Shown here: one piece after another, positions 11,228-20,213 of the stretch
Layout of the letters: each line of letters opens with the position of its first letter
Numbering within the stretch: position 1 is the first letter of the stretch
NCBI GenBank assembly: GCA_903910385.1
Contig: CAIVZM010000011.1
Span: 15,203 to 79,202, forward strand
DNA: 64,000 bases
Direction: 5' to 3'
DNA from: an uncultured Armatimonadetes bacterium
GTDB lineage: Bacteria; Armatimonadota; Armatimonadia; Armatimonadales; Armatimonadaceae
The notes under the pieces: model-generated
What the model was told of the DNA's origin: nothing
The model's database searches: none
Seen by the model: the letters and a program-made list of their open reading frames with translations, nothing else
Position numbers and translations under genes: made by a program

Positions 11228-11402
11228 GCCTTCAGTATACCGCTCAAATTCTTCCTGAAGGTTCTGGATAGGTATCCGAACCTGTGTTGGAAGTCGCTGC
11301 GAAGCATATGGACGCACCTCAGATTGGCAACATGTCCTTTCCGGGGGACAGAAATAGCATATCGCTCTGGCGCGAGTTCTCGCATCGGAGCCATCTCTTT
11401 GA

Positions 11403-11432
11403 TAACACATGATATTTAGTAACACATGATAT
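11403..11432. repeat. direct repeat TAACACATGATAT x2 (17-nt phase) upstream of nadE
   Basis: Two identical 13-mers separated by TTAG in the nadE 5' region (minus-strand gene). Candidate operator. Approximate coordinates. Confidence 0.5.
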
Positions 11433-11639
11433 CGAAGCGGCAATCAGTCTGTGCGAACATGTGATCCTTCGGGGAATGGTGGTATCACCTCCGAAGTGTA
11501 CGCACCACTTCGCGCCCCTGTGACCGCGCTACCACGGCGTTCTTCACGATGAAAGAGGAACTTCTGGCTCAACTTTTAGCGCAACTTCTGGCGCTTACCA
11601 GCTTCTTCAAAATTTAACGGAGGACTTAACGCACTTTTG

Positions 11640-13013
11640 TCAAAAATTCACTCCCGCTACGATGTCTCCGGGGCTGGATGGACGGACCAGGCGTTTTTCT
11701 CGTTCCGTTTTCGCTTCCGGGTTTTCGATCGGTTCGCCGTTATCGTCTTTGCCGTCCGGGCCAATGCTGTAGAGCAGAAAGCCGTCCGGGGTAACACGAT
11801 AACGTGGCGATCCGCTTCGGGCGAACGGATCGACCGGCAGTTCAGGAAGATAGCGCGGGACTAAGGCTTCCAGCGTAGCGGGATATTGACCATTCTCCCC
11901 CTTATAAGCCCGCAAAGCGAGGTCAAGGGTTAGAAGAGCGTCCTGCGTTTCATTGGCGGCGAAACGAAGGCGGGCAGTCGAAACCTCCGGCAATAGAATT
12001 GCGCTGATCAGGTCTTTCGGTTCAGGGATTGGGGCGTGGTCATCGATATAACGACGTTTTGATTGGGCGATAGCAGCATCCATCGCACGGGTTACATTGT
12101 CCATCGAGCGCTGCTTGCCATAAATTGACCAGAAATAGCTTAATGTCGTAGCGCGGGCGTCGGCGTTTTGCGGAGAGTCGTTCTTATCACCTGATGCGTC
12201 TGCGGGATATTTTTTCGGGTCACGAAAAATCTCCATTGCACATGATTGAAGTTTATATTTCTCCTCGATAAGGATATCGGTGTAACTAACCCCCATTTTT
12301 CGCAGGTTTTGAAGTCGCTGGGTCGCCGCTTTTGCCTGTGTCGCATCAAGTCGATCACGAATATCCCACGCGGCATGGCGGGATGATGACTGACAGGGCA
12401 AACTGACCAGGCCGCCTATGAGAGAAGCTCCCGTTCCCAGGTGTTTCCCAAACTGGATGCCATCCAGAGCGCTCTCCATCGCTTTGCCTGCATCGCCCCG
12501 CGCGGCATAAACGCGACTTTCCAGAGCGATCAGACGCCCGGCGTATGTGAAGTCTTTATAATAAGGAACCGGGTCGCTCAGCGAGCGTAGCGAAGGTTGC
12601 CTGTAAGGTAGAGCAAGCCCCGTGCGAATCGCTTTCAATGGTTCTTGGTTGGCATCCACCAACGCCGCCTTTTGTGCGGTCGTTATTTTTTCTTCCTGCT
12701 TCCCCTCTAAAAAAGCGGCGCTGATCTCATCTTTGCGAACGATGGCTTTACCTGCCGCAACATAAGTATCGAAGGCGTTTGGCGTCGGCATGGTCGCTGT
12801 CGGGATGGAAACCGTCGGCGTTCGATTATTGCGGATAAGGGTTATGACAAACGCGATAGCGCCCGCCAGCAACGCCAGGGCAAGCCCGATCATCAATACG
12901 CCCATCGGAGTCCCGAAAAAGGGTTTGCCCCGTTCCGGCGGTACAGGAAGCGGAGCCGATGGCGATAGCGATCTCGGAGGCTCTTGCGCCCACGGTTGTT
13001 GCGGAGTGGACAT
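11640..13013 (-). CDS. hypothetical single-pass membrane protein with pseudopilin(GspG)-like C-terminal motif
   Basis: Pro-rich N-terminus and one TM helix (VLMIGLALALLAGAIAFVI). C-terminus DPFARSG..YRV...FLLYSIGPDGKDDNG resembles the conserved tail of T2SS GspG-type pseudopilins, but no canonical prepilin peptide. Confidence 0.5.
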   Translation of the reverse strand: MSTPQQPWAQEPPRSLSPSAPLPVPPERGKPFFGTPMGVLMIGLALALLAGAIAFVITLIRNNRTPTVSIPTATMPTPNAFDTYVAAGKAIVRKDEISAAFLEGKQEEKITTAQKAALVDANQEPLKAIRTGLALPYRQPSLRSLSDPVPYYKDFTYAGRLIALESRVYAARGDAGKAMESALDGIQFGKHLGTGASLIGGLVSLPCQSSSRHAAWDIRDRLDATQAKAATQRLQNLRKMGVSYTDILIEEKYKLQSCAMEIFRDPKKYPADASGDKNDSPQNADARATTLSYFWSIYGKQRSMDNVTRAMDAAIAQSKRRYIDDHAPIPEPKDLISAILLPEVSTARLRFAANETQDALLTLDLALRAYKGENGQYPATLEALVPRYLPELPVDPFARSGSPRYRVTPDGFLLYSIGPDGKDDNGEPIENPEAKTEREKRLVRPSSPGDIVAGVNF

Positions 13014-13290
13014 AGCGTTCTACAGCATCATTTCTTCGGCGTATTTTGTACAGTTTACCTTTTCAGAGCCGGTTTTCGTTCCTGCGATAAAGATACAGGG
13101 ATGTTCTGCATCTCATCGCTTTCGGAGTATCTATCCTGATGTGTGCTATTGTCATGAAAAGCGTTTGCCTGCCGATTGTATGCCGAATATCAACGAGCGC
13201 CACTCACACAGGGAAGAGCGATTTTTCGCTCCCGCTCTTTATTCGCAATAACGTGGCGTCGCGCAACAAACGGCATCAGGCGCCCCTACA

Positions 13291-14031
13291 TCAGATCGAT
13301 GTTGCGGCGTCATCGTCCTCATCTTCTTCTTCACTGAAGCGGTAGCGTTGCTCTTTCCACGGGTCGCCGAGCATATGGTAGCCGCCTCGCTCCCAGAATC
13401 CGGGCGCATCATCAGCGCGAAATTCTACGCCACTGACCCATTTCGCTGACTTCCACGCGTACAGGCGGGGAACGACCAGACGGAGGGGTCCGCCATGCTC
13501 CAGAGAGATGGGCAGTCCGTCATGGGTATCCGCAAACAGGCAGTCTTCGTCCAGAAACCATTCCAGAGGCAGATTGGTCGTCCAGTTCGTTCGCCCGCCC
13601 GCAAAGGAAAAACCCTTGTCATAGGCATGAACCATCACGAACTTCGCATCCGATTTCAGCTTGATCCGCGACAGGACTTCCCGAGTGGAAACGCCTTCCC
13701 AGATATTGCCCAACCGGGACCAGCGAGTCACACAGTGCATATCGGCGAAGACACGCATCCGAGGCAACTTCTGAAAATCTTCCCAGGTGAAGGTAAGCGG
13801 TTCCTCAATCAGTCCGAACAGATTCAGACGCCAGTCTGAAAGGTTCTTCAAATTCATATCGTCCGGTGGTCCGCCAGCATCCAGCACCGGCCATTTTTTC
13901 GTCCGCGCCTGATTCCGGGGAATCCGGTTTTCCCGGCGTGTATCCGGAGAGATCAAAACATCGTTGGGTTGAGTCTCCGGGACGGGCGGTTCGCCGGACT
14001 GTAACTTGGGGTCTGTGGTCTGAAAAAGCAT
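13291..14031 (-). CDS. sulfite-oxidase-family molybdopterin-binding oxidoreductase domain protein
   Basis: Oxidoreductase molybdopterin-binding signature around HCVTRWS (Cys ligand) and W.GV. Start moved to MLFQTT, which has AAAGGAAG 8 nt upstream. Confidence 0.65.
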   Translation of the reverse strand: MLFQTTDPKLQSGEPPVPETQPNDVLISPDTRRENRIPRNQARTKKWPVLDAGGPPDDMNLKNLSDWRLNLFGLIEEPLTFTWEDFQKLPRMRVFADMHCVTRWSRLGNIWEGVSTREVLSRIKLKSDAKFVMVHAYDKGFSFAGGRTNWTTNLPLEWFLDEDCLFADTHDGLPISLEHGGPLRLVVPRLYAWKSAKWVSGVEFRADDAPGFWERGGYHMLGDPWKEQRYRFSEEEDEDDDAATSI

Positions 14032-14186
14032 AGAATGCGCTTCCTTTCGACGTCTCCGCGCATACCTATTATAACCGACAGGTTTCCGGGAGAGTTGCGT
14101 TTTTTTGTCACTTCGGCGTTTTGTCGCCGGGACAATCAACCGAGAATCGGAATTCCGCCGGACGATTTCCCTGCTGATCTGGAGCA

Positions 14187-14930
14187 TCAGATTCGAGCGA
14201 TAGATTCGGTCAATAGCCGGATCAAGCGGGGCAAATTCGCCTCCATTGCCATCGTCACTTCTTCATGGCTCAGGGGAGTCCTGCTCAAGCCTGCGCCGGG
14301 GTTGGTGACCAGTGAAATTCCGGCGTAGGCGATACCTGCTTCACGAGCGAGGGTCACTTCCGGAATGCCGGTCATGCCGACGACATCTCCGCCCCACGAG
14401 GCGAAAAGACGCACTTCGGCAGGAGATTCATAACGGGGGCCGTCCGCACAGACATACGTTCCCGTCGGTCGGATTTCGATCTCTTGCGATTGCGCCGCCG
14501 ACAGGATAACGTTGCGAAGAGAGTCGGAGTAAGGGCGCGTAAAATCCGTGTGCGTCACCGGCGAATCGGCTTCGCCATCGAAGAAGGTCTTCCCGGCGCG
14601 CGTCAGGGTGAAATCGATAAAGTCGTCCAGGAGTACCAGAGACCCCGGCAACAGGTTGAGGCGTAGTCCCCCAACCGCTGTCGTCGCCAGTGCGGATGTG
14701 ACACCCAGCGCCGCCAGCGCAGCGATATTCGCCCGGTAGTTGATACGGTGTGGCGGAATCTTATGCCCGGTTCCATGACGGGCGAGAAATACGATATCCT
14801 TTCCTCGTAACCGACCTGTCGTAACCGTAGCATCGCCATGCTTCGTTGTGATGACCTCACTTTTGCCGGAGCTCTCCAGTTCAAAGTTCCCGACTCCGGT
14901 TCCGCCAATTATTGCAATCATAGAATTCAT
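14187..14930 (-). CDS. mtnP: S-methyl-5'-thioadenosine phosphorylase (PNP/MTAP family)
   Basis: IAIIGGTG N-terminus, with MTAP-type phosphate and purine-binding motifs (…VGMTGIPEVTLAREAGI…). Confidence 0.8.
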   Translation of the reverse strand: MNSMIAIIGGTGVGNFELESSGKSEVITTKHGDATVTTGRLRGKDIVFLARHGTGHKIPPHRINYRANIAALAALGVTSALATTAVGGLRLNLLPGSLVLLDDFIDFTLTRAGKTFFDGEADSPVTHTDFTRPYSDSLRNVILSAAQSQEIEIRPTGTYVCADGPRYESPAEVRLFASWGGDVVGMTGIPEVTLAREAGIAYAGISLVTNPGAGLSRTPLSHEEVTMAMEANLPRLIRLLTESIARI

Positions 14931-14951
14931 TGTATCGTTTTGGGCGGTTTT

Positions 14952-14990
14952 ACGAATGCATTCGTTTCAGCCATCATTTTTTGGTATTAT
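14952..14990 (+). promoter_or_regulatory. 14-bp perfect palindrome ACGAATGCATTCGT followed by extended -10 (TGgTATTAT) of upp
   Basis: Palindrome at about 14952-14965 in the divergent mtnP/upp region. TGnTATTAT at about 14982-14990 lies 24 nt upstream of the upp ATG. The palindrome sits where the -35 would be, a candidate operator. Confidence 0.45.
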
Positions 14991-15018
14991 TTCATCGATG
15001 TGAAGCGACCAGACAACT

Positions 15019-15636
15019 ATGAATATCAAACTTTTACAACACCCGCTCTCTGACCACCTGTTGACTATATTACGCGACGAGACTACCACAACCGCCGCCT
15101 TTCGCGCCGCCGCCGGTCGGGTAACCACTTTGCTGGCTATCGAAGCGACCCGCGATATGCCGACGACGCCACAGAATATCCGGACGCCGCTGGAAGAGAT
15201 GCAGGGGGCGACGCTTGCGCAACAAATTGTGCTCGTTCCGGTGCTACGCGCCGGGTTGGGGATGCTGACGCCATTTGTCGAACTCTTTCCCGATGTCGCC
15301 GTAGGCTATATCGGTCTCGCCCGCGATGAAGAAACGGCAGTCGCTGTCACGTACTACCGTAAACTTCCCCCGCTTGCTGGTCGCCGAACCATTCTGGTAG
15401 ACCCCATGCTGGCGACCGGGGGTTCAGCAGTTCAGGCGTTGGACGCTCTGAAAGCGGCGGGCGCAGATGACATTCAGCTGGTTTGCATTGTCGCGGCGCC
15501 GGAGGGGGTCGCCCAGATCCATCAGAACCATCCCGATGTACCCCTTCTGGCAGCCGCCCTTGACCGTGAACTCGATGATCGTCGATATATCTGCCCCGGT
15601 CTCGGCGATTTCGGCGACCGTTTATACGGGACCTGA
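15019..15636 (+). CDS. upp: uracil phosphoribosyltransferase
   Basis: Full-length UPRTase similarity, including the PRPP-binding VDPMLATGGS motif. Confidence 0.9.
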   Translation: MNIKLLQHPLSDHLLTILRDETTTTAAFRAAAGRVTTLLAIEATRDMPTTPQNIRTPLEEMQGATLAQQIVLVPVLRAGLGMLTPFVELFPDVAVGYIGLARDEETAVAVTYYRKLPPLAGRRTILVDPMLATGGSAVQALDALKAAGADDIQLVCIVAAPEGVAQIHQNHPDVPLLAAALDRELDDRRYICPGLGDFGDRLYGT

Positions 15637-15716
15637 TGGCGATATGGTTGTTGAAGGAATTCGCTTAAAACAGACGCTTTTTTTTTGCAATTTCCGTCCG
15701 AAAGCAGGGATTCGCC

Positions 15717-15776
15717 TTGACAAACCCGCCCGCTACCGGGTATATGTCAATCACTTGATTGAATCATTGGATTGAC
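15717..15776 (+). promoter_or_regulatory. promoter (TTGACA-18-TATATG) plus nested palindromic operator upstream of TetR gene
   Basis: TTGACA at about 15717, an 18-nt spacer and TATATG. Immediately downstream GTCAATCA-CT-TGATTGA-ATCATTGG-ATTGAC holds a perfect 7-bp inverted repeat nested in an outer GTCAAT/ATTGAC pair. Typical TetR autoregulatory box. Confidence 0.5.
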
Positions 15777-15828
15777 TCTGGTCGAATAGGGACTTGCGGA
15801 AAGCGATGAGGCGGGACGCACTGTAAGG

Positions 15829-16464
15829 ATGGGGGAAAAACAAAAAAAATCGGGGGGAGCGCCACGTCGGGAAAAAACGCGGGAGCAGATTCTGGAAGCA
15901 GCCTATCGCGCGCTGGTCAAAATCGGCTATGAGCGTATCACAACGAGGCGCATCGCGGAGGAGGCAGGATGTAATGTCGCCACCCTGCATTATTATTTTG
16001 GCGATAAGGAAACCCTGTTAACAGAGGCGGTCAGAGCGATTCAGCAGGAAGATTCCGCTCGAATCCGTTCCTCTATCGCCGCTGCTCCCTCCGGTGCAAT
16101 CGCGCTCGAAAGCGCGTTTAACACGGTATGGGAAATCGTACGCGAGCGACCCGGCATCGTGCGGTATGACCTGATTGTACGGGGCTTGCGTTCGGAGACG
16201 ACCCGACGCGAAGCGCTTCTCTTATATGGGGCGTTCCGCCAGTTGACCGAGGAGATCCTGCAACGGCATTTAAACGAGGGAGGCGTTCTCCCACCGGAAC
16301 TGACGATAACCGATTTGGCGCATTATTTGATTTCATCGGTAGATGGCGTAATTCTTCAATTTGCCCTCACACAGAATGAGACGATAACGCAAACCAGCTT
16401 GAATCTTATTTTGCGCAACGCTCTTTCTCTCATGGGAAATACGCTAACGAGCCCAACGAAATAA
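15829..16464 (+). CDS. TetR/AcrR family transcriptional regulator
   Basis: N-terminal HTH TREQILEAAYRALVKIGYERITTRRIAEEAGCNVATLHYYF (TetR_N signature). Confidence 0.85.
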   Translation: MGEKQKKSGGAPRREKTREQILEAAYRALVKIGYERITTRRIAEEAGCNVATLHYYFGDKETLLTEAVRAIQQEDSARIRSSIAAAPSGAIALESAFNTVWEIVRERPGIVRYDLIVRGLRSETTRREALLLYGAFRQLTEEILQRHLNEGGVLPPELTITDLAHYLISSVDGVILQFALTQNETITQTSLNLILRNALSLMGNTLTSPTK

Positions 16465-16487
16465 TAACGGGGCTACTGAGGAACATT

Positions 16488-17060
16488 TTGAGGCTCATGA
16501 GCCAGACGGAATTTGAAAGAACCGCGCTCCCGCATCGGGACGCCTTATATGGCCATGCTCTCGCATTGACTCGTAATTCTGATGAGGCGGAAGACCTTGT
16601 TCAGGAGACGATATTGCGGGCGCTCCGCAATTTTGAATCCTTTCGGGCGGAAGGACCGGTTCGGGCATGGCTTCTTACCATTTTGCGTAACCTGTTCATC
16701 AATGGCTACCGCAGTAAAAGTCGCGCGCCCCGCGCCGTGAGTCTGGATGCGCTGGAACATCCGGACCCGATAACGCCACGCGATCCCGGCCCGGAGCGTC
16801 AGGTCTTCGCTCGAATGGAGAACGAGGCTCTTAACCTCGCAGTGGACAAATTGCCCGACGATTACCGGGAAGTCCTGGTAATGTCGGATGTTCGTGGCAT
16901 GACCTATCAGGAAATCAGCGCCGAACTCGAACTCCCCATTGGTACAGTACGTTCGCGCCTCTCCCGCGCTCGCAATCGCGTTCGTCGTTCGCTCTACGCC
17001 TGGCGCCCGGACGCTCAGGGCAGCAGTAAGATGCGGCGCGTCCCCGCTCTCATGGCATAA
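16488..17060 (+). CDS. ECF-subfamily RNA polymerase sigma-70 factor
   Basis: Sigma70 region 2 (LVQETILRALRNFESF) and region 4 (YREVLVMSDVRGMTYQEISAELELPIGTVRSRLSRAR). Starts 24 nt after TetR, so probably co-transcribed. Confidence 0.85.
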   Translation: MRLMSQTEFERTALPHRDALYGHALALTRNSDEAEDLVQETILRALRNFESFRAEGPVRAWLLTILRNLFINGYRSKSRAPRAVSLDALEHPDPITPRDPGPERQVFARMENEALNLAVDKLPDDYREVLVMSDVRGMTYQEISAELELPIGTVRSRLSRARNRVRRSLYAWRPDAQGSSKMRRVPALMA

Positions 17061-17202
17061 TTGCACCGCAACGGAAACCGTGACCTTACGTTTGCCTAAG
17101 CCGCTATGGAACCTTCGTCAACCCGTATAGCGTAGCGTTGCATAGTAGTCCAGTGCAGCGCTGATGCTGCATCATGCCGCACGACGCCTGCTATTATGTC
17201 CT

Positions 17203-17273
17203 TGTAAGTATGTTTGTGTTAAGTATGGTTCTGTTAAGTATGGTTCTGTCGGTTGCAACTCGATTGCAACTCG
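17203..17273. repeat. two adjacent short tandem repeats (GTTAAGTATGGTTCT x2-3; TTGCAACTCG x2) in 5' region of pseudopilin gene
   Basis: Seen directly in the sequence between the ECF sigma gene and the real start of the DUF1559 gene. They create the [10 protein letters not shown] artefact in the over-extended track ORF. Confidence 0.6.
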
Positions 17274-17295
17274 TTTTGCAGAAAGCGGGGTTGAT

Positions 17296-18195
17296 ATGGA
17301 TACCGGTTTCGGCGCTCGTCGTCTCAGCGCCTTTACCCTGATAGAGTTGCTGGTTGTCATCGCCATTATTTCGATACTGGCGGCGATCCTCTTTCCCACA
17401 TTCGCTCAGGCGCGAGAAAAAGCGCGTTCCATCACCTGCCTTTCCAACCTCAAACAGATGGGACTTGCCCTGATGATGTACAACCAGGACTACGATGAGC
17501 AAATGCCTCCTATCGCCGGAGTATATACCAAAGGCAACGTCAAGTATTTCCAGAACTGGGCGATCGATCTGATCGGCGGGCAGAATGTGGATGTGGCGGT
17601 CATTCCCAACGGGGTGGTCGTTCCGGGGTTGATTCAGTCTTACATCAAAAACAACGGCATATTCAAATGCCCTTCTGCAAATGGCGGTAACCTCTCGTAT
17701 ATGTATAACGATCTGGCGGCGCAACAATCGCTCGCCGGGTTCGCATCGCCTGCAGTGAGCGTCCTTGTTCTTGAGTCCAGTCCAGCATCCGGCGCCTTCG
17801 GCGGCCTTGCCAATCCCCTCCGGTTGAATGTGGGGCACTTCGTTGCGCCGCCTTCCGCCGATGCGCTTCCCACTACAGCGACCGCAGACCAGTTGATTCC
17901 CTACGATAACGCTACCATTCTGGACAGCGCCCGATTCAAGGATGTTACTCGCCACAATGAATTTGGCAATTACATCTTCGCCGACGGTCATGCAAAATCG
18001 TTGCGGGCTCCGTACGATGAAGAAAATGGCGTCAACAAGAACGTGTTTTTTCCCGCTCCGGCACAGACCGTTCGTACAAACCGCAGCAATGCGGTTCAGT
18101 CCGAAAACCCGGGAAATATCGCCGTTCCCGGATTGAATGAGCCGATTCCCGGCGGAAATATGATGGGCTACGCTGCAACCCTTCATCTGAACTAA
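17296..18195 (+). CDS. prepilin-type N-terminal cleavage/methylation domain protein with DUF1559 (pseudopilin-like)
   Basis: Start moved to [34 protein letters not shown] (class III signal peptide: basic stretch then FTLIELLVV). C-terminal FADGHAKSL motif typical of DUF1559. Confidence 0.75.
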   Translation: MDTGFGARRLSAFTLIELLVVIAIISILAAILFPTFAQAREKARSITCLSNLKQMGLALMMYNQDYDEQMPPIAGVYTKGNVKYFQNWAIDLIGGQNVDVAVIPNGVVVPGLIQSYIKNNGIFKCPSANGGNLSYMYNDLAAQQSLAGFASPAVSVLVLESSPASGAFGGLANPLRLNVGHFVAPPSADALPTTATADQLIPYDNATILDSARFKDVTRHNEFGNYIFADGHAKSLRAPYDEENGVNKNVFFPAPAQTVRTNRSNAVQSENPGNIAVPGLNEPIPGGNMMGYAATLHLN

Positions 18196-18240
18196 CCCGA
18201 GCGTCAGACCGCCAGCATTACGTAACCGCTCCACTAAATC

Positions 18241-18275
18241 GCAAGGACGCAACCTCGGGAAGGATGCGTCCTTGC
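18241..18275. terminator. perfect 11-bp inverted repeat hairpin between convergent genes
   Basis: GCAAGGACGCA-13nt-TGCGTCCTTGC between the pseudopilin (+) and metallophosphoesterase (-) 3' ends. Confidence 0.45.
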
Positions 18276-18332
18276 TCCTTGATATCCTCCGCAAAACGTT
18301 CTAAACGCCGTCGCCCTGCGTGGTTACCCAGT

Positions 18333-19262
18333 TCATACCGTTCGAGCCTTCCATCCATATGTCATGTAGCGGTGAGATATTTCGCCGCCTTTCGCTCTGA
18401 CAACCGTGAAGCCTTCCGGGTGGACGCCAAGACGATACCCCTTCCACCAATCTCCGCTGACCGCTCCGCCGGTTATGTAACGAGTCCCCAGATAAATGCA
18501 TTCTTCGACCACATGCGTATGCCCCTGAAAGACCGCTTTGACATTGCGTCCCTGTATCATTTCCTGAAACTGTTTTCCGTTCGAGACAACAAGACCAGAG
18601 GAGACCGCTTTCGTTGTGCCCTCTGTGTACATACCAAAGAGCGTCATGATCGGAATATGAGTCAGAAAGACCATAGGCATATTCTTATCGGTCTTGCGCA
18701 GGAGATTATCCAGCCATAGCAACTGGTCAGCGTCCAGTTCACCATGCCAACCGCCCTGTTCATCGATGGATACCGAGTCCAGCATGACGAAACGCCATCC
18801 CTTATGATCGAAACTGTTGTAACGATTCGCCAGGCTCAACCGCTTCAACCACCACTTCTTACCGTATTCGGGATTATCGGAGCTTAATTTGCTTTCTCCA
18901 CCCAGAGCATAGGCGTCATGATTGCCAATGGTGTAATAAACGGGCATATTCAGAGAGCTGGCAGCTTCCTGCCATAAATCGTAGACCATCTCGGCGCGTT
19001 TTCGACTTACCGTATTGGCATCCATGACCAGATCGCCACCAATCAGAGCAAAGGCAGGCTTTTCCTTGAGTTGGCGAATTTTCTCAAAAGCCTGATGAAC
19101 GCCTTCCGTCGCGCCCAATTCCGGTTGAATATGCGTATCCGTAATATGAATAAACGAAAAATCGGCGGGCGCAGCCTCCGCCGGTCGAGAGAGACGGGAA
19201 ACCCCGAGCCCGAGCGCCAGACCGCCAACGTTACGTACCAGTGTGCGGCGAGAAATACTCAT
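18333..19262 (-). CDS. Tat-secreted calcineurin-like metallophosphoesterase
   Basis: Twin-arginine N-terminus (SRRTLVRNVGGLALGLG). Metallophosphoesterase motifs (HITDTH; GGDLV; GNHD; GHTH). Confidence 0.75.
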   Translation of the reverse strand: MSISRRTLVRNVGGLALGLGVSRLSRPAEAAPADFSFIHITDTHIQPELGATEGVHQAFEKIRQLKEKPAFALIGGDLVMDANTVSRKRAEMVYDLWQEAASSLNMPVYYTIGNHDAYALGGESKLSSDNPEYGKKWWLKRLSLANRYNSFDHKGWRFVMLDSVSIDEQGGWHGELDADQLLWLDNLLRKTDKNMPMVFLTHIPIMTLFGMYTEGTTKAVSSGLVVSNGKQFQEMIQGRNVKAVFQGHTHVVEECIYLGTRYITGGAVSGDWWKGYRLGVHPEGFTVVRAKGGEISHRYMTYGWKARTV

Positions 19263-19455
19263 CTTGATATCCTTAATTCGTCACAGAAAGTTACGGAGTC
19301 CTGAAGTTTGAACGTAGAAAATCCGGCGCGGCGTCCTGCACGCTTCAGGAAACTCGCTCTCCTTTAAAATAACACGAAGCATACGCCCCACCCGTTTATA
19401 CCACTTTACGTCCGCTTTTCGTATGTTTCTTCGTGCGCTTCCCGGCGCTGCCAGC

Positions 19456-19495
19456 GAAGGAATTTCAAGGAAATGCCCCCGGGTCAAATTCCTTC
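19456..19495. promoter_or_regulatory. perfect 10-bp inverted repeat GAAGGAATTT-20nt-AAATTCCTTC in divergent intergenic region
   Basis: Seen in the 350-nt region between the metallophosphoesterase (-) start and the 19614 (+) gene. Candidate regulator-binding site or leader hairpin. Confidence 0.35.
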
Positions 19496-19613
19496 TATGG
19501 AAAAGTGTTACCATAGGAGGTGAGACGTTATTTCTTAATTTTAAGGTATAAAGAAAAGTGGCGCAGGGGCCAAGCCCCCAAGCCTTAACCATTCCAAAGG
19601 GAGTACCAAAACG

Positions 19614-19976
19614 ATGCCTTACATCATTCAGGGCCAAGAGCATAATCTTTCGACCGACCCATTCCTGGGCGGTAGCGGCGACAAGCATTATATTCCGTTG
19701 CGCGAAGTCATTACCGCACTCGGCGGCAGCCTTTCCTGGGACAATTTCGAGAAGGCGGCTACCGCTGTCATCGGTCCGTGGAGCGCCGTCATTCCTGATG
19801 GCGCGTCCAATGTTACCGTCTCCGGCAACGGTCAAGATATCCCGGTGACGCTCTCCGCGCCGGCGATGTTGCAGGACAACCAGATGTTTGTTCCTTGGGA
19901 CTTCCTCAACACAGCATACGGCTACAAGGTCGATCTGGCGGGTAACACGATGACCATCTCCAACCCGAACGCGTAA
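19614..19976 (+). CDS. small protein with copper-amine-oxidase N-terminal-like (stalk) domain repeats
   Basis: AAAGGGAG RBS. Two repeats resembling Cu_amine_oxidN1 (…YIPLREVITALGGSLSWD…; …MFVPWDFLNTAYGYKVDL…). No signal peptide seen. Confidence 0.5.
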   Translation: MPYIIQGQEHNLSTDPFLGGSGDKHYIPLREVITALGGSLSWDNFEKAATAVIGPWSAVIPDGASNVTVSGNGQDIPVTLSAPAMLQDNQMFVPWDFLNTAYGYKVDLAGNTMTISNPNA

Positions 19977-20009
19977 TCGTTCGCTAGTCCAACTAAACGT
20001 CAGGTTACA

Positions 20010-20050
20010 GGGCGGAGATGCAATTTTATTGCATCTCCGCCCTTGTCTAT
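20010..20050 (+). terminator. rho-independent terminator (14-bp perfect stem, TTT loop)
   Basis: GGCGGAGATGCAAT-ttt-ATTGCATCTCCGCC 35 nt after the stop of the 19614..19976 gene, followed by a T-containing tract. Confidence 0.7.
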
Positions 20051-20084
20051 TGAACTATTCTATTGAGCTATTCTATTGAGCTAT
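20046..20084. repeat. 13-nt tandem repeat x3 (TCTATTGAGCTAT)
   Basis: TCTATTGAACTAT / TCTATTGAGCTAT / TCTATTGAGCTAT directly after the terminator, upstream of the 20214 gene. Confidence 0.6.
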
Positions 20085-20213
20085 CTCTGGAACTTTTTTC
20101 CCGGGGCGCGTTGTAGATATAGTGGCGTTCGGCGCTAACATGCTTTCGATATCGCTTTTCGATGTCGCGTTCATTACTGGTAAACCCATGACGGGTTAGA
20201 AGGAAAATGTGTT

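Noticed and set aside
9170-11443. N-terminal extensions given by the ORF track for nadE (to 11443), queG (to 1726), Moco oxidoreductase (to 14187), pseudopilin (from 17164), VOC protein (from 2265), GH36-like (from 43296), LptD-like (from 45992), proS (to 56999), ANTAR RR (to 60353).
   Set aside because: The extensions lack RBS, run through upstream repeats or promoters, or overlap neighbouring genes (for example 210 nt into lptF/G). They add non-conserved residues ahead of family-typical N-termini. Internal starts with SD-like sequences were preferred.
13014-13290. ORF 13139..13345 (68 aa, poly-Ser tail) between two minus-strand genes.
   Set aside because: It runs antisense into the 3' end of the Moco oxidoreductase gene. 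Low complexity, no RBS. The region more likely holds the promoter of the 11640..13013 gene.
17203-17273. Possible CRISPR array or minisatellite at the tandem repeats upstream of the pseudopilin gene, and at 20046..20084.
   Set aside because: Only 2-3 copies of 11-15-nt units with no spacers of 25-40 nt. No cas genes. These are simple tandem duplications, not CRISPR.
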